NCBI GenBank assembly: GCA_021838445.1
Contig: JAKCDU010000010.1
Location: 386 to 64,385 of the forward strand
Length of the DNA: 64,000 nt
Reading direction: 5' to 3'
Origin: Actinomycetes bacterium
GTDB taxonomy: Bacteria > Actinomycetota > Acidimicrobiia > Acidimicrobiales > Palsa-688
The position numbers and the translations under genes are program-made. The notes under the pieces were generated by a model. The model saw only the letters and a list, made by a program, of their open reading frames with translations. It did not search any database and was not told where the DNA came from. Below are positions 1 through 9,946 of the stretch, one piece after another. The first letter of the stretch is position 1. The number at the start of each line of letters is the position of its first letter.

Positions 1-3000
1 CCGACCAGGGACGCCGCCAACCACGCTCTGCTCTACACCTGGTCGGTGAGCGATCCCGCCGGGCTCAACCTGCTGCAGGGGAGCTACTTCGGCGCTGGCG
101 GCGACTACCACGTGATCGTCTGGCCGGCCGGCCTGGCCCAGATGACCATGACGGCGGCGGTGACCAACGGGCAGCTCGATGGGCAGGGCCACCAGGAGAT
201 CGTCGCCGATCCGGTGAGTCTGGGAACGGCGCCCCCCGCCCTGTCGATCTCGGTCAGCCCGCCCCCTGGGCCGGTCGCGGCCGGCTCTACCGTGAATCTC
301 ACGGCCAACCTGGCCAACGCCAGCGTCGGAGCGCAGACGACCGCCCTCACTTGGACCCAGACGGCCGGCCCGTCAGTCACCGCAGCGACCTCGTCGGGCA
401 CCGCTTTCTCCTTCACCGCCCCCGCCCCGACCAGCCAAGCCGCCACCGTCACCTTCCAGGTAACGGGCCTGCGCGGCACCGGTCCGGGCGCCACCGCGGC
501 GCTGGCCACCGTGACCGTGGCCCTGGTCGCCGCGACACCCCTCTCCCTCACCGTCAACGGCGCCACGCTGCAGGTGGGCGGCGGCGGGACGGTCAGCTTC
601 ACGGTGACAGCCGCGGGCGGGCGCTCCTCCAGCTACACCTACAGCGGATCGGTCAGCGGGGGTGGGGGCAGCCTGACCAACTCGGGCAACAGCTTCACCT
701 ACACGGCGGGCTCCGCCTCGGGCCTGACGGAGCTGTCGGTCTCGGTGAGCGACGCAGCCGGGGAGTCGACCAGCGCCACCGTCCCCGTGACGGTCGGGAC
801 GCCCCCGTCCTCCAGCGGCTCGGGCTGTGCCGCCACGGGCCTTTTGACCCAGGCCATCGCCGCCCTCAGCGGCGGAAAGGACCCGACCGTCTCGGTCGCC
901 GGCTTCACCTTCGATCTCGGCCTGGCCGAGACCAGCCCGGCGGCGGGAAGCTGCGGGACCGGCGTCACCAGTCTCACCTTCGACGCCGGCAAGGCCGCCC
1001 TCGGGCCCTTCACCCTGGCCAACGCCAAGGTGACGGTCACCACGACCGATCTCACCGTCGCCAGCGGCAGCCTGACCGCGCCCGCCGCCTGGGGACTCGG
1101 CACGGCCACGGTCAGCACCCCTATCGATATCAACCTGGCCGCCGCCACCGTCACCGGGGGGTTCACCTGGACCTCCGGCTTCCCGTGGCTCGGCTCGGGA
1201 GGGTTCATCTCCAACCCATCCGCCACCCTCAGTCTGAGCGGCGCCGAGGTCCTCAACCTGGCCGCCAAGGCGACCGTCGCCGGCGGGGCGGCCACCCTCA
1301 AGGCCACCGTTCCCATGGCGGGTACCGGGTTCACCGTCACCGTCACCGTCACCGGCGCCCAGGCCCTGGGACTGAATGGCAGCGGCACCGGAACCCTCAC
1401 GGTCGGCTCGGCCGGGGTCACCGGCCAAGTGGCGCTCTCGCTCAGCACCACCCAGCCCGTCGTACTCGCCGGTGACGTCTACCTGACCTCCGCCGGAGCC
1501 ACGCTCACCTGGTCGCCATCGGGGCTCACCGTCGCGGCGTCGGCGTGGATCGGCGGGACCGACGGTTCCCACGGCGGCATCGCCCAGGTGAACCTGGCGG
1601 GCGCCTACACCGACTCCAGCGACTGGTCACTCACCGTCACCCTGGCCCACCTCAGCCTGCCCTCGTGGTTGCCCAACGTCTCGGTCTCGGGGGCCAGCAC
1701 GGCGGCCGGGTCGGTCACCGACGCCGGGGGTACGATCACCTTCGACATCAGGGCCAACCTGGTCGGGTCCTGGGGTATCGGGCCCACGGTCAGTGGCTCC
1801 ACCCAGCTCATCGACGTCACCAACCTGACCGCCGAGCTGTCCAACGGCCCGCCGCCGGCCCAGTGCAGCAGCCTGAGCGGGGTGTGGCTGGCCGTCGGCG
1901 GTAGCGCGACGGTACAGATCCCGGTATCGGGGGCACCGCCCGCCACCTTCACCACCGAGGCCTGCGCCGCCCCCGGCTCCGACACCTTCAGCCTGGTCTC
2001 CACGGCCAACTTCGCCCACTGGGCCCCCATACCCAACGTCCCCGTCACCCTCGACGGCGCCTCGCTCAACCTCCAGTACGCCAACGGCAACGTGTCGTTC
2101 ACGGTGGGCGCTACCGCGTCGGTCAAGGGGGTGCAGGGCAACGCCGTCCTCTCGTTACTCCCGGGGGGCGGCGTCCTGATCGGCGTGTCGATACCGAACC
2201 TGTCCGGCCTGGGGGTACCCCTTCCGGCCGGCGCGGTCATCTTCTCCACAGCCACCGTCGCCGACCTGTCGACGGTGGCCGGCCTGCCCGCCGCCCTCGG
2301 GGTGAGCGCGGCCGCCCTGAGCGGGCTCGAGGTGGCCCAGGACGGCCTCCTGGCCATGGCCGACTTCCAGATCCCCACCTCGTTGACCAGCGTGCTCCAA
2401 AGCGCCAACCTGCCGGCCCCGTCTGACCTCACCCTGTCGGTCGACCTCGACGCCAGCGGGATTCCCGTCATCACGGGCAAGCTGGCCTTCGGGGCCAACG
2501 GCTACACCATCTTCCAGTCCTGCGCCCCCGGCGCGGCGGGGTGCAACCCGACCAGACTGGCCCTGGCGTCGGTCAACCTCCAGCTCTCGCTGGCCGGGGC
2601 GTTCGGCCTCGGTGCCACCGCGGCCATAACGCTTCCGACCCCGGGGTCCGACCCCACGGCGTCGAGCACCATCGACCTCACGGCCGAAGTCACCATCGAC
2701 CTGGTGGCCCAGTCGATCACAGCTTCCTTCTACACCACCGGGAACCTGGTCAACGCCTTCGGGATAACCGGGCTGACGCTCGGCAACCTGGCTATCCAGG
2801 GTGGGATCGTCTTCAACCCTCCACCCGCTCCGCCGACGCCGAGCATAGGCTTCGCCGCCACCATCCAGACCATCCCATGCTCGTGGGCGGCGACGATCGG
2901 TGACCACGAGGACGGCTGCACCGGCTCGGGCGGGACTCCCATCTTCGATGCCAACGCCGAGCCGATGGCCATCGCCGTCAACATCTCCGAGAAGGCGCCC

Positions 3001-5025
3001 GTCTTCGCCCTGCAGATCGGAGTCCCCAACAACAACCCGGTCCTGCAGTTCGGCTCGGCCCTCACCGTCGACGACGCCAGCCTGGTCATCGCCCCGCTCG
3101 GCGGCCAGATCGGCAACTACATCTACCCGATCGGCTTCAGCCTCCGCTTCGACGGCCAGGTCATGGGCACCAAGGTCGCCGTGCAGGCCGCCGTGGACCC
3201 CCTGGCCGCCAGCGTCACGGCCAAGGTCCAGGTCGGCACGGCCAACCTCGGGATCGTCACCCTCGACTCCACCGAGTTCGATTTCAAGGCTGACCCGACC
3301 GACGGGATCGACCTGAGTTTCACGGGTGGGCTCAACCTGGGCGGCGATGGCACCCTCACCGCCACCGCATCGGCCAGCGTCTCGCCGAGCGGTATCGCCT
3401 CGGGCCAGCTCCCATCCTTCAGCCTGACCGCTTCGGCCGCCAACCTGAACTTCGGCTCCGCTCTGACCATCAATCAGTTCAACCTCACGGCGTCGGGGCA
3501 GCTCGGGTCGGCCAGCACGCCGGTCCCCCAGCTGCAGCTCGAGGCATCCGGCCAGGCGACGGTGCTCCAGCACACCCTCGCCCTGTCCGGCGGCATCGAC
3601 TTGACGCCTGGCCTCGGCGTGACCGGGGCATCGCTCTACGCCAACCCGGGCCCAATCACCTTCGGGCCCGGAGGAGCGACCATCTCCGGACCGGGTTGCA
3701 CCAGCATCGCCCTGCTCGACTTCCCCGGTCCCTGCGTGGGAGCCGCCTTCGACCCGCTGTCGTCCAACCCGCTCACCGTCACCCTCGACGGCACGGCCAG
3801 CGCCAACGGAATCGTGGCCACCTTCGACGGCACCGTCGACAACACCGGCCTGACCCTGACCAACGCCTCGGTCACCCTCGGCTCTCCCTCCGATGACATC
3901 GACGCCACCGTTGCGGTGTCCGGGCATCTCTATTTCGGTACGGGCCTGGGCGGCGTCAAGGTCGTCGACCCGAGTGGCCAGTCGGTCCAGGTCCAGCAGG
4001 GCGATTTCGACCTCACCGGCTCGTCCCAGCTGTCGGTGGCCGGCATCGCCGTGTTCGTGAACGTCAACGTCGGCCACCTGGGCAGCGAGATCTTCGCCTC
4101 GGGTCAGGGCGACGTCACAGCCGCGGGTGCCTACGCCTCTATCGGCGGCAACTTCTCCGATGACAGCGGGAGCTTGCAGTACTCGCTGAGCGCCAACGGC
4201 GACATCGTAGGGATCGGCGGCTACGACGTGGTGAGCGCCTCACTTACCTTGTCCAACGCCACGCAGGGACAGCTCGACATCGCCGGCAGCTTCAACCTGG
4301 GACCGATCGCGTCGGCCAACTTCAAGGGATGGTTCTACACCGACGCAAGCGGCCAGGACGTCTTCGACGTGGCGGGTTCGGGCAGCGCGTCAATCGCCGG
4401 GGTCAACGTCGGCGGGCAGGTGGAGATCTCCGACGTCAATCCCTCCGGTGGTGTCTCGGCCACCGTGAGCCTCAACGGCAACTGGGACAGCGACATCTCG
4501 TTCGTGGCCGCGGCCAGCTTCGACACCTACGGCGACTTCTGCGCCAGCGGGACTGCCTCGGTCGGATCCGTTAGTGGCACTGCCAGCTACTGCTCACCCG
4601 ACCCGCAGTCGGGCGATCCGGGCAGCATCGGGCTGTCCTTCACCTATGCCGGGGTAACGGCCACCGGCAGCGCCGCCGGGGAGGGCTGGGACGTCTCGAT
4701 CGGCTCGCAGAACCCGGGCAGCTTCGACCTGCCCGGCGCGGCCGGCCCCTTCAGCGCCGAGGTCAGCGCCAACTGGTCGTGGAGCCTCGACGTCAACGAG
4801 AACTCGGGGGTGACCCTGTCAGCCCAGGGCAAAGGCACGGCCCAGGGCTGCGTCAGCTACCTCCTCGGAAGCACCTGCGCCAGCGTCGGTGCGACAATCA
4901 GCGGCACGGTCGCGTCGGACGGGAGCAGCCAGGCGTGCGCCAGCGGCACCGTCGTGAACACCACCGTGGAAGTCTGCGCCGACGACACCGGTATCTATTT
5001 CACCCAACCTTCCTCACTGACATGA
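1..5025 (+). CDS. Very large T/G/A/S/V-rich secreted or surface repeat protein; 5' end cut by the window edge
   Basis: Frame +1 is open from nt 1 (PTRDAANHALLYTWSV precedes the listed GTG at 46), so the start lies upstream of the window. More than 1659 aa of beta-type low-complexity repeats. Third-position GC is high. The TGA stop at 5023-5025 overlaps the ATG at 5022 of the next gene (ATGA). Confidence 0.75.
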   Translation, partial: PTRDAANHALLYTWSVSDPAGLNLLQGSYFGAGGDYHVIVWPAGLAQMTMTAAVTNGQLDGQGHQEIVADPVSLGTAPPALSISVSPPPGPVAAGSTVNLTANLANASVGAQTTALTWTQTAGPSVTAATSSGTAFSFTAPAPTSQAATVTFQVTGLRGTGPGATAALATVTVALVAATPLSLTVNGATLQVGGGGTVSFTVTAAGGRSSSYTYSGSVSGGGGSLTNSGNSFTYTAGSASGLTELSVSVSDAAGESTSATVPVTVGTPPSSSGSGCAATGLLTQAIAALSGGKDPTVSVAGFTFDLGLAETSPAAGSCGTGVTSLTFDAGKAALGPFTLANAKVTVTTTDLTVASGSLTAPAAWGLGTATVSTPIDINLAAATVTGGFTWTSGFPWLGSGGFISNPSATLSLSGAEVLNLAAKATVAGGAATLKATVPMAGTGFTVTVTVTGAQALGLNGSGTGTLTVGSAGVTGQVALSLSTTQPVVLAGDVYLTSAGATLTWSPSGLTVAASAWIGGTDGSHGGIAQVNLAGAYTDSSDWSLTVTLAHLSLPSWLPNVSVSGASTAAGSVTDAGGTITFDIRANLVGSWGIGPTVSGSTQLIDVTNLTAELSNGPPPAQCSSLSGVWLAVGGSATVQIPVSGAPPATFTTEACAAPGSDTFSLVSTANFAHWAPIPNVPVTLDGASLNLQYANGNVSFTVGATASVKGVQGNAVLSLLPGGGVLIGVSIPNLSGLGVPLPAGAVIFSTATVADLSTVAGLPAALGVSAAALSGLEVAQDGLLAMADFQIPTSLTSVLQSANLPAPSDLTLSVDLDASGIPVITGKLAFGANGYTIFQSCAPGAAGCNPTRLALASVNLQLSLAGAFGLGATAAITLPTPGSDPTASSTIDLTAEVTIDLVAQSITASFYTTGNLVNAFGITGLTLGNLAIQGGIVFNPPPAPPTPSIGFAATIQTIPCSWAATIGDHEDGCTGSGGTPIFDANAEPMAIAVNISEKAPVFALQIGVPNNNPVLQFGSALTVDDASLVIAPLGGQIGNYIYPIGFSLRFDGQVMGTKVAVQAAVDPLAASVTAKVQVGTANLGIVTLDSTEFDFKADPTDGIDLSFTGGLNLGGDGTLTATASASVSPSGIASGQLPSFSLTASAANLNFGSALTINQFNLTASGQLGSASTPVPQLQLEASGQATVLQHTLALSGGIDLTPGLGVTGASLYANPGPITFGPGGATISGPGCTSIALLDFPGPCVGAAFDPLSSNPLTVTLDGTASANGIVATFDGTVDNTGLTLTNASVTLGSPSDDIDATVAVSGHLYFGTGLGGVKVVDPSGQSVQVQQGDFDLTGSSQLSVAGIAVFVNVNVGHLGSEIFASGQGDVTAAGAYASIGGNFSDDSGSLQYSLSANGDIVGIGGYDVVSASLTLSNATQGQLDIAGSFNLGPIASANFKGWFYTDASGQDVFDVAGSGSASIAGVNVGGQVEISDVNPSGGVSATVSLNGNWDSDISFVAAASFDTYGDFCASGTASVGSVSGTASYCSPDPQSGDPGSIGLSFTYAGVTATGSAAGEGWDVSIGSQNPGSFDLPGAAGPFSAEVSANWSWSLDVNENSGVTLSAQGKGTAQGCVSYLLGSTCASVGATISGTVASDGSSQACASGTVVNTTVEVCADDTGIYFTQPSSLT

Positions 5026-8000
5026 CTGCTCACACCCTCTTCCGCTTCCTGCACCGGCCTCTGACCCGCTGGGTGGTTGCCCCGGCGGCCGTCGTCGCCC
5101 TTACCGCGTCGGTCCTCGGTGCCACGGGCACCATGCCCCGGGTGCTGCGCGACCTGTCGCTGGCGTCCAACCCCACCCCACCGGCCAATGACGCCTTCAC
5201 CTCGGCCAGCCCGATCGGCGCGACCGCCTCCTTCAGCGGCGACACCACCGGCGCCACCACCGAGGTGGGTGAGCCGAACGTGGCCACCGGCGACCAGACC
5301 GTCTGGTACTCCTGGACCCCTGGCGCTCCCGGCACCGCCTACTTCGTCCCCGGGGGATCGGCCCCCCTGCCCAAGGTGCGGGTCTACACGGGCAGCGGCC
5401 TCGCCTCGCTGACCGAGGTGGACACCCAGGGCACCAGCACCGGAACAGCATCGATCGACGCCCTGTCCGGTACGACCTACCGGATCCAGGTCGACGCACC
5501 GGCCGGCGAGGCCGGGGCCTTCTCCTTCGACCTGCTCCAGCCCGACAGCGGGGCGCCGCTCAACGACGACTTCTCCAACCCGACCTCGCTCGAGCAGGCC
5601 GTCAACGCCCGCATCGCCGGCACCGGCACCAATCCGGTCGGCTCGGGGAGCACCGAAGGGGCCACGGGCCAGGCCGGGGAGCCGGGTAACCCGACCCACT
5701 CGGTCTGGTACGACTGGACGGCCCAGGTCGGTGGGGGTTCGGTCACCTTCACGGTGGCCCCGACGACCGCCGGGGCCCATCTCCAGATCGCCGCCTTCAC
5801 CGGCTCGGCGGTCAACACACTGGCGCCGGTCGGCACGCCGGCCACAGCGACGACCACCGTGACGGTCGCGCCGCAATCGGGCGTCACCTATCTGCTGCAA
5901 GTGTCAGGGGACCAGTCCTACTTCGACATCTCGGCCGACGAGTCGGGCCTCACCGGGCCCGACACCGTGGCCCCCACGGTGACCTGCACGCCCGCGACGG
6001 GCTGGCACTCGGCCAATGTGTCGGTGCCCTGCACGGCGTCCGACAGCGGGTCGGGGCTGGCCGACCCCTCGCAAGCGGCATTCGACCTGATCACCTCGCT
6101 GCCTGTCGGCGCCGCCTCGGCGACCGCCTCCACCAATTCCGTGACCGTCTGCGACAAGGCCGGCAACTGCGCCCTGGCCGGCCCCTACACCGTGGAGATC
6201 GACCGGGCCGCCCCGACCGTGACTTGCTCGTCGGTGCCGACCACCTGGTCAGCCGGCCCGGTCAACGTCGAGTGTGATGCCACCGACGGGCCGAACGGCT
6301 CGGGCCTGGCCGCTCCGGCCGACGCCACCTTCACGCTCACGGCGTCCATTGCGCCAGGCACCGAGAGCTCCTCGGTCGCTTTCGATACCCACGGCCCCGT
6401 CTGCGACAATGCCGGCAACTGCACCGCGGTTCCGACGCCCCCAGCAGCCCGGATCGACATGGCCGCCCCGGTCGTCCACTGCGATCCGCCTCCCCCGGGC
6501 TGGCACTCGGGGGTGGTGCTGACCTGCACGGCCAGCGACGCCGGGTCCGGACTCGAGAAGTCGGCCGACGCCTCCTTCACCCTCAGCGACGACGTCCCCC
6601 AAGGGGTGCAGACCGCCAACGCCACCAGTGGCACCCATCAGGTGTGTGACCTGGCGGGCAACTGCACCACCGTCGGACCCATCGGGCCGATCGAGGTCGA
6701 TCGCGAGCCCCCGCACATCACCTGCACCGCCCCGACGGGCTGGATCAAGGGCAACACCGCCACCGTGCCGTGCACGGCCAGCGACGCCGGGTCCGGCCTG
6801 GCCCCGGGCACCCCGGCCAGTTTCGACCTGACGGCCAACATCACCCCCGGGACGGAGGGCTCCACCTCCACCGGCACGCGGCAGATCTGCGACGCCGTCG
6901 GCAACTGCGCCACGGCCGGCCCCTACCCCGTCCAGCTCGACGACCACGGACCTCAGGTCTCCTGCCAGCCGACACCCACCGCCTGGCAGGAAGCCACGGC
7001 GTCCGTCACCTGCACCGCCACCGACGGCGGGTCGGGTCTCGCCAATCCCGCCGACGCCGCCTTCACCCTCACGGCCACCGTCGCGGCCGGCTCCGCCTCG
7101 TCGTCGGTGCCGATGCCCCAACGTCAGGTCTGCGACACCGTCGGCAACTGCACCGAGACACCAGCGCTGGCCCCCGCTCAGATCGATGACCAGACTCCGC
7201 TGGTAACCTGCGTCAACCCGTCGCCGGGGGTACACCACGGTGAGGTGGTCGTCACCTGCACGGCCACCGACCAGGGCGGTTCCGGCCTGGAATTCCCGGC
7301 AGACGCCTCCTTCACGCTGGAGACCTCGGTGGGCGCCGGCAAGGCAGACAGCGCGGCGGTGACCGATTCCCACCCGGTGTGTGATGCCGTCGGTAACTGC
7401 GTGACGGTCGGGCCTCTCGGCCCCTACGACGTCGATCGCACCCAGGGCGGTGAGCCGCCCACCCTGACGGCCCCGCACCAAATCCACGTCCACGCCGAGG
7501 TCCCCTCGAGTCGTGGTGAGGCCGCCAGCCTGGGGAGCGGGGGTGTCCCGGTCCCCTACGCGCTGCCCGACGGCTCCAGTCCGAGCGGGCTGCCCACAAC
7601 GATCGGCTGCAACCCTTCGCCCGACGCTTCCTTCCCCTACGGGACCACCCCGGTGGTCTGCACCGTCGAGGACACCGACGCGCAGTCTTCGACGTCGGTG
7701 GTCGACGTGGTCGTCACCCCGGAGAGCGGGCTGGCGCCGCAAGGTACCCCCATCCCGGGCAACCCGTTCAACTTCGCCGGCGACGGGTTCGCGCCGGGCT
7801 CCAACGTCGACTTGGTGCTCGACGGAGTCATCCTCGGCACTACGACGGCCACCGGGTCGGGCACCTTCAACACGTCCTTCGTCCTGCCGGCCGGCACCGC
7901 TCCGGGCCCCCACACCCTCAACGCCGCCGGGCTCGGGACCGACGGCCAACCAAACCTGGTGGTGGCCCCCCTCGCCGTGGCGCTCGAAGCCGCACCGGTG

Positions 8001-8405
8001 ACCACGACCACTGCCCCCCCGACCAATGCGCCCCCGACCACTGCACCCCCGACCACTGCGCCTCCGACGGCTACCCAGCCGACGACGACCACCCCTCCGA
8101 CGCCGACCTCGGGCCCGGCGGGCTCCTCGCCGACCATCCCGGCGGCCGGCTCGGGAGCCCTGGGCCCGGTCACTGCGTTCACCTCCGCACCTTCAAGCCT
8201 TTCCCCGCCGACCACCTCCCCCAAGCCGACCTCGCCGGGAGGAGTCACCCACTTCGGCGGCGGGGCCCCCCAGCACAGTGCCTCCGGACCCCTCCATCCG
8301 ATCCCCCATGGCGGATCATCGCAGTGGTGGCTCGCCATCGTCGCGGCGGGGCTTGTCGCCGGGGCCGTCGTCCTGCTCCTCATTCGCCGCCGGCGCATCC
8401 TCTGA
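5022..8405 (+). CDS. Cell-surface multidomain protein: signal/anchor helix, two GEP-motif modules, six tandem four-Cys Ig-like repeats, an HYR-like module, a Pro/Thr linker and a C-terminal TM anchor
   Basis: I chose ATG 5022 (MTAHTLFRFLHRPLTRWVVAPAAVVALTASVLG). The ORF-track start at 4779 adds 81 Arg-rich codons inside the previous gene. Two modules carry ND.F..A...GAT.E.GEP...VWY.WT. Six ~80-aa repeats (P.V.C...GW....V.CTA.D.GSGL.....F.L.....VCD.AGNC) span about 5961-7440. A TTAPPTNAPPTTAPPTTAPP linker follows. The C-terminus is WWLAIVAAGLVAGAVVLLLIRRRRIL. Confidence 0.8.
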   Translation: MTAHTLFRFLHRPLTRWVVAPAAVVALTASVLGATGTMPRVLRDLSLASNPTPPANDAFTSASPIGATASFSGDTTGATTEVGEPNVATGDQTVWYSWTPGAPGTAYFVPGGSAPLPKVRVYTGSGLASLTEVDTQGTSTGTASIDALSGTTYRIQVDAPAGEAGAFSFDLLQPDSGAPLNDDFSNPTSLEQAVNARIAGTGTNPVGSGSTEGATGQAGEPGNPTHSVWYDWTAQVGGGSVTFTVAPTTAGAHLQIAAFTGSAVNTLAPVGTPATATTTVTVAPQSGVTYLLQVSGDQSYFDISADESGLTGPDTVAPTVTCTPATGWHSANVSVPCTASDSGSGLADPSQAAFDLITSLPVGAASATASTNSVTVCDKAGNCALAGPYTVEIDRAAPTVTCSSVPTTWSAGPVNVECDATDGPNGSGLAAPADATFTLTASIAPGTESSSVAFDTHGPVCDNAGNCTAVPTPPAARIDMAAPVVHCDPPPPGWHSGVVLTCTASDAGSGLEKSADASFTLSDDVPQGVQTANATSGTHQVCDLAGNCTTVGPIGPIEVDREPPHITCTAPTGWIKGNTATVPCTASDAGSGLAPGTPASFDLTANITPGTEGSTSTGTRQICDAVGNCATAGPYPVQLDDHGPQVSCQPTPTAWQEATASVTCTATDGGSGLANPADAAFTLTATVAAGSASSSVPMPQRQVCDTVGNCTETPALAPAQIDDQTPLVTCVNPSPGVHHGEVVVTCTATDQGGSGLEFPADASFTLETSVGAGKADSAAVTDSHPVCDAVGNCVTVGPLGPYDVDRTQGGEPPTLTAPHQIHVHAEVPSSRGEAASLGSGGVPVPYALPDGSSPSGLPTTIGCNPSPDASFPYGTTPVVCTVEDTDAQSSTSVVDVVVTPESGLAPQGTPIPGNPFNFAGDGFAPGSNVDLVLDGVILGTTTATGSGTFNTSFVLPAGTAPGPHTLNAAGLGTDGQPNLVVAPLAVALEAAPVTTTTAPPTNAPPTTAPPTTAPPTATQPTTTTPPTPTSGPAGSSPTIPAAGSGALGPVTAFTSAPSSLSPPTTSPKPTSPGGVTHFGGGAPQHSASGPLHPIPHGGSSQWWLAIVAAGLVAGAVVLLLIRRRRIL

Positions 8406-8544
8406 ACCGGCGGCCTCCGCATGGAGGACCAGAGGGCCTGGGAGATTCTGCGAGCTCGGCCCGTCACCAAAGCCAGGGCGGTTAGAGGCGACGCCAGCAC
8501 GACCTGGAGCTCGGACCCTGAGAGGTGATTCGCGTCCCGACGCC

Positions 8545-9876
8545 CTACCGACCCGCCGGGTCCTGACCGAACAGGAGCGCAGACCCTACGCTCCCAGCGT
8601 TCACCGGACCGCCGAGCAGCAAGGTGGTGGAATCCCTCTCGGTGTCGTACCAGGCCAGAACCGGCCCCCCGGCACACGGGTAGGAGCCGGTCAGGGCGAG
8701 ACGGTCACCATAGGAGCCGATCACGTAGATCGAGTCGGATCGGTCCAGACCGGGGACGGCGACCGGTGTGGTCGTAGTCTCACCCGGGGCCAGCTTGGCG
8801 ACACCCAGCACACCGCACCCGAGCTCGTCCTGCACATAGGTACCCGTGGGCAGGTTCCAGGCGTCGAGGTCGCCATCGTCCCCGTTGGAGATCCCGGCGG
8901 CCGAGGTGGTAAGCGCCGTGGGCGTACCGCCGTCGGTCGGGACCAGCCACAGCCGGGGTAGGCCGTCGCCCGAGCAGGAGGCCAGGGCGACGGTTGCGGT
9001 CCACCACCGGGTCGGATGACACGACCCGGCAGCCGGCGGGACCGGGATGGCCCGGGTCGGCGTGCCGTCATTGGCGACCAGCTCGAAGCCGCCCGAGGTG
9101 GTGAGGAGCACGGCGCTGCCGTCAGGGGAGTCCAGGTAGCCACCGGTCGTCGATCCGGCGCCGGGGTAGCTGACCGGGTAGCTGAGTTGCATGGCGCCGG
9201 ACAGGTCGAAGCGACTGACCGCGACGGGCGAGGATGGGGGCGTGCCGGGCGTGGCTGGCGATCCGTCGAGGATGGCCAGACCGGAGGGTCGGGTGAAGTC
9301 GACCTCACCGTCGCCGGCGGGCAGGGCCAGGGGGCTGATCGACCCCTTCTCCAGGTCCAGCAGCTCGTAGTCGTTGGTCCCTGGAACGGTGATCTTCGGC
9401 ACCTGCAGCAGCGCCCGTCGGCCATCACCTGACCAGGCGGCGAGGTATCCCGAGCCGAGGTCGCCTCCGCTCATCACCCGGTAACGGCCGCCGGCCGGGT
9501 CGATGAGGAACAACGTGGGAGCCAGGCCGACATCGGTGGAAGCAGCCGGCGTGGTGGTGGTCGTGACAGAGGTCGCCGGCCCGCTGGTGGACCAGAGGGC
9601 CAGGATCCATCCTGGCCCGACTTCCAACCAGGGGATGGCGCCCGGTCCGGCCTCCTGGCCGGCCCCGAGCAGAGGAAGGGTAGTGGTGGTCGTCGCCCGC
9701 AGTGAAGTTGTCGTGGTCGTCGCCCCACCGATCGCACTCGCACCACCGGGGCTCGTAGGGCTGGAGCTACCATCAGCCGACTTGGCAGGCTTCGACGCCG
9801 AGCAGCCCGAGGCGACCAGAAGCGCCAGTCCGGCCACCCAGCCCAAGCGGCGCCCCCTCGGGTCACGCCTTCCCAC
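8545..9876 (-). CDS. Lipoprotein with a Thr-rich linker and a beta-propeller-like (TolB/PD40-like) body
   Basis: GTG start at 9876. The signal peptide has a lipobox: GLALLVASGC. A TTTTSLRATTTTT linker follows. The rest has an alternating beta-strand pattern. It is the last gene on the same strand as the T7SS-like cluster, after a 70-nt gap. Confidence 0.7.
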   Translation of the reverse strand: MGRRDPRGRRLGWVAGLALLVASGCSASKPAKSADGSSSPTSPGGASAIGGATTTTTSLRATTTTTLPLLGAGQEAGPGAIPWLEVGPGWILALWSTSGPATSVTTTTTPAASTDVGLAPTLFLIDPAGGRYRVMSGGDLGSGYLAAWSGDGRRALLQVPKITVPGTNDYELLDLEKGSISPLALPAGDGEVDFTRPSGLAILDGSPATPGTPPSSPVAVSRFDLSGAMQLSYPVSYPGAGSTTGGYLDSPDGSAVLLTTSGGFELVANDGTPTRAIPVPPAAGSCHPTRWWTATVALASCSGDGLPRLWLVPTDGGTPTALTTSAAGISNGDDGDLDAWNLPTGTYVQDELGCGVLGVAKLAPGETTTTPVAVPGLDRSDSIYVIGSYGDRLALTGSYPCAGGPVLAWYDTERDSTTLLLGGPVNAGSVGSALLFGQDPAGR

Positions 9877-9946
9877 CTCTCGAAACTACCCGCTAAGGGC
9901 TCCCGTCGAGCGAGGGGTTGGCCGAAAGGTCATACCCCAGCGTGCG

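Noticed and set aside
2155-4077. Long antisense ORFs. Examples: 2155-4077 (-), 6249-7949 (-), 22213-23952 (+), 33677-35494 (+), 49422-52142 (+), 57174-58436 (-), 57641-59149 (+), and many shorter ones in the ORF track.
   Set aside because: Their translations are Arg/Gly/Pro/Asp/His-rich with no motifs. They lie opposite or out of frame to ORFs that have clear domain signatures and high third-position GC. These are the shadow ORFs typical of ~70% GC DNA.
4779-5021. N-terminal extensions offered by the ORF track: 4779-5021, 16887-16997, 19184-19645, 21426-21470, 32803-32940, 48038-48322 and 52776-53270.
   Set aside because: Each extension lies inside the upstream gene or a divergent gene and is Arg-rich. 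Internal starts coincide with ATGA/GTGA overlaps, SD sequences or the expected family N-termini.
8160-8405. An LPXTG or other sortase/exosortase-type sorting signal at the C-terminus of the 5022-8405 protein.
   Set aside because: The hydrophobic helix plus Arg tail is present. No LPXTG-like or PEP-type motif precedes it.
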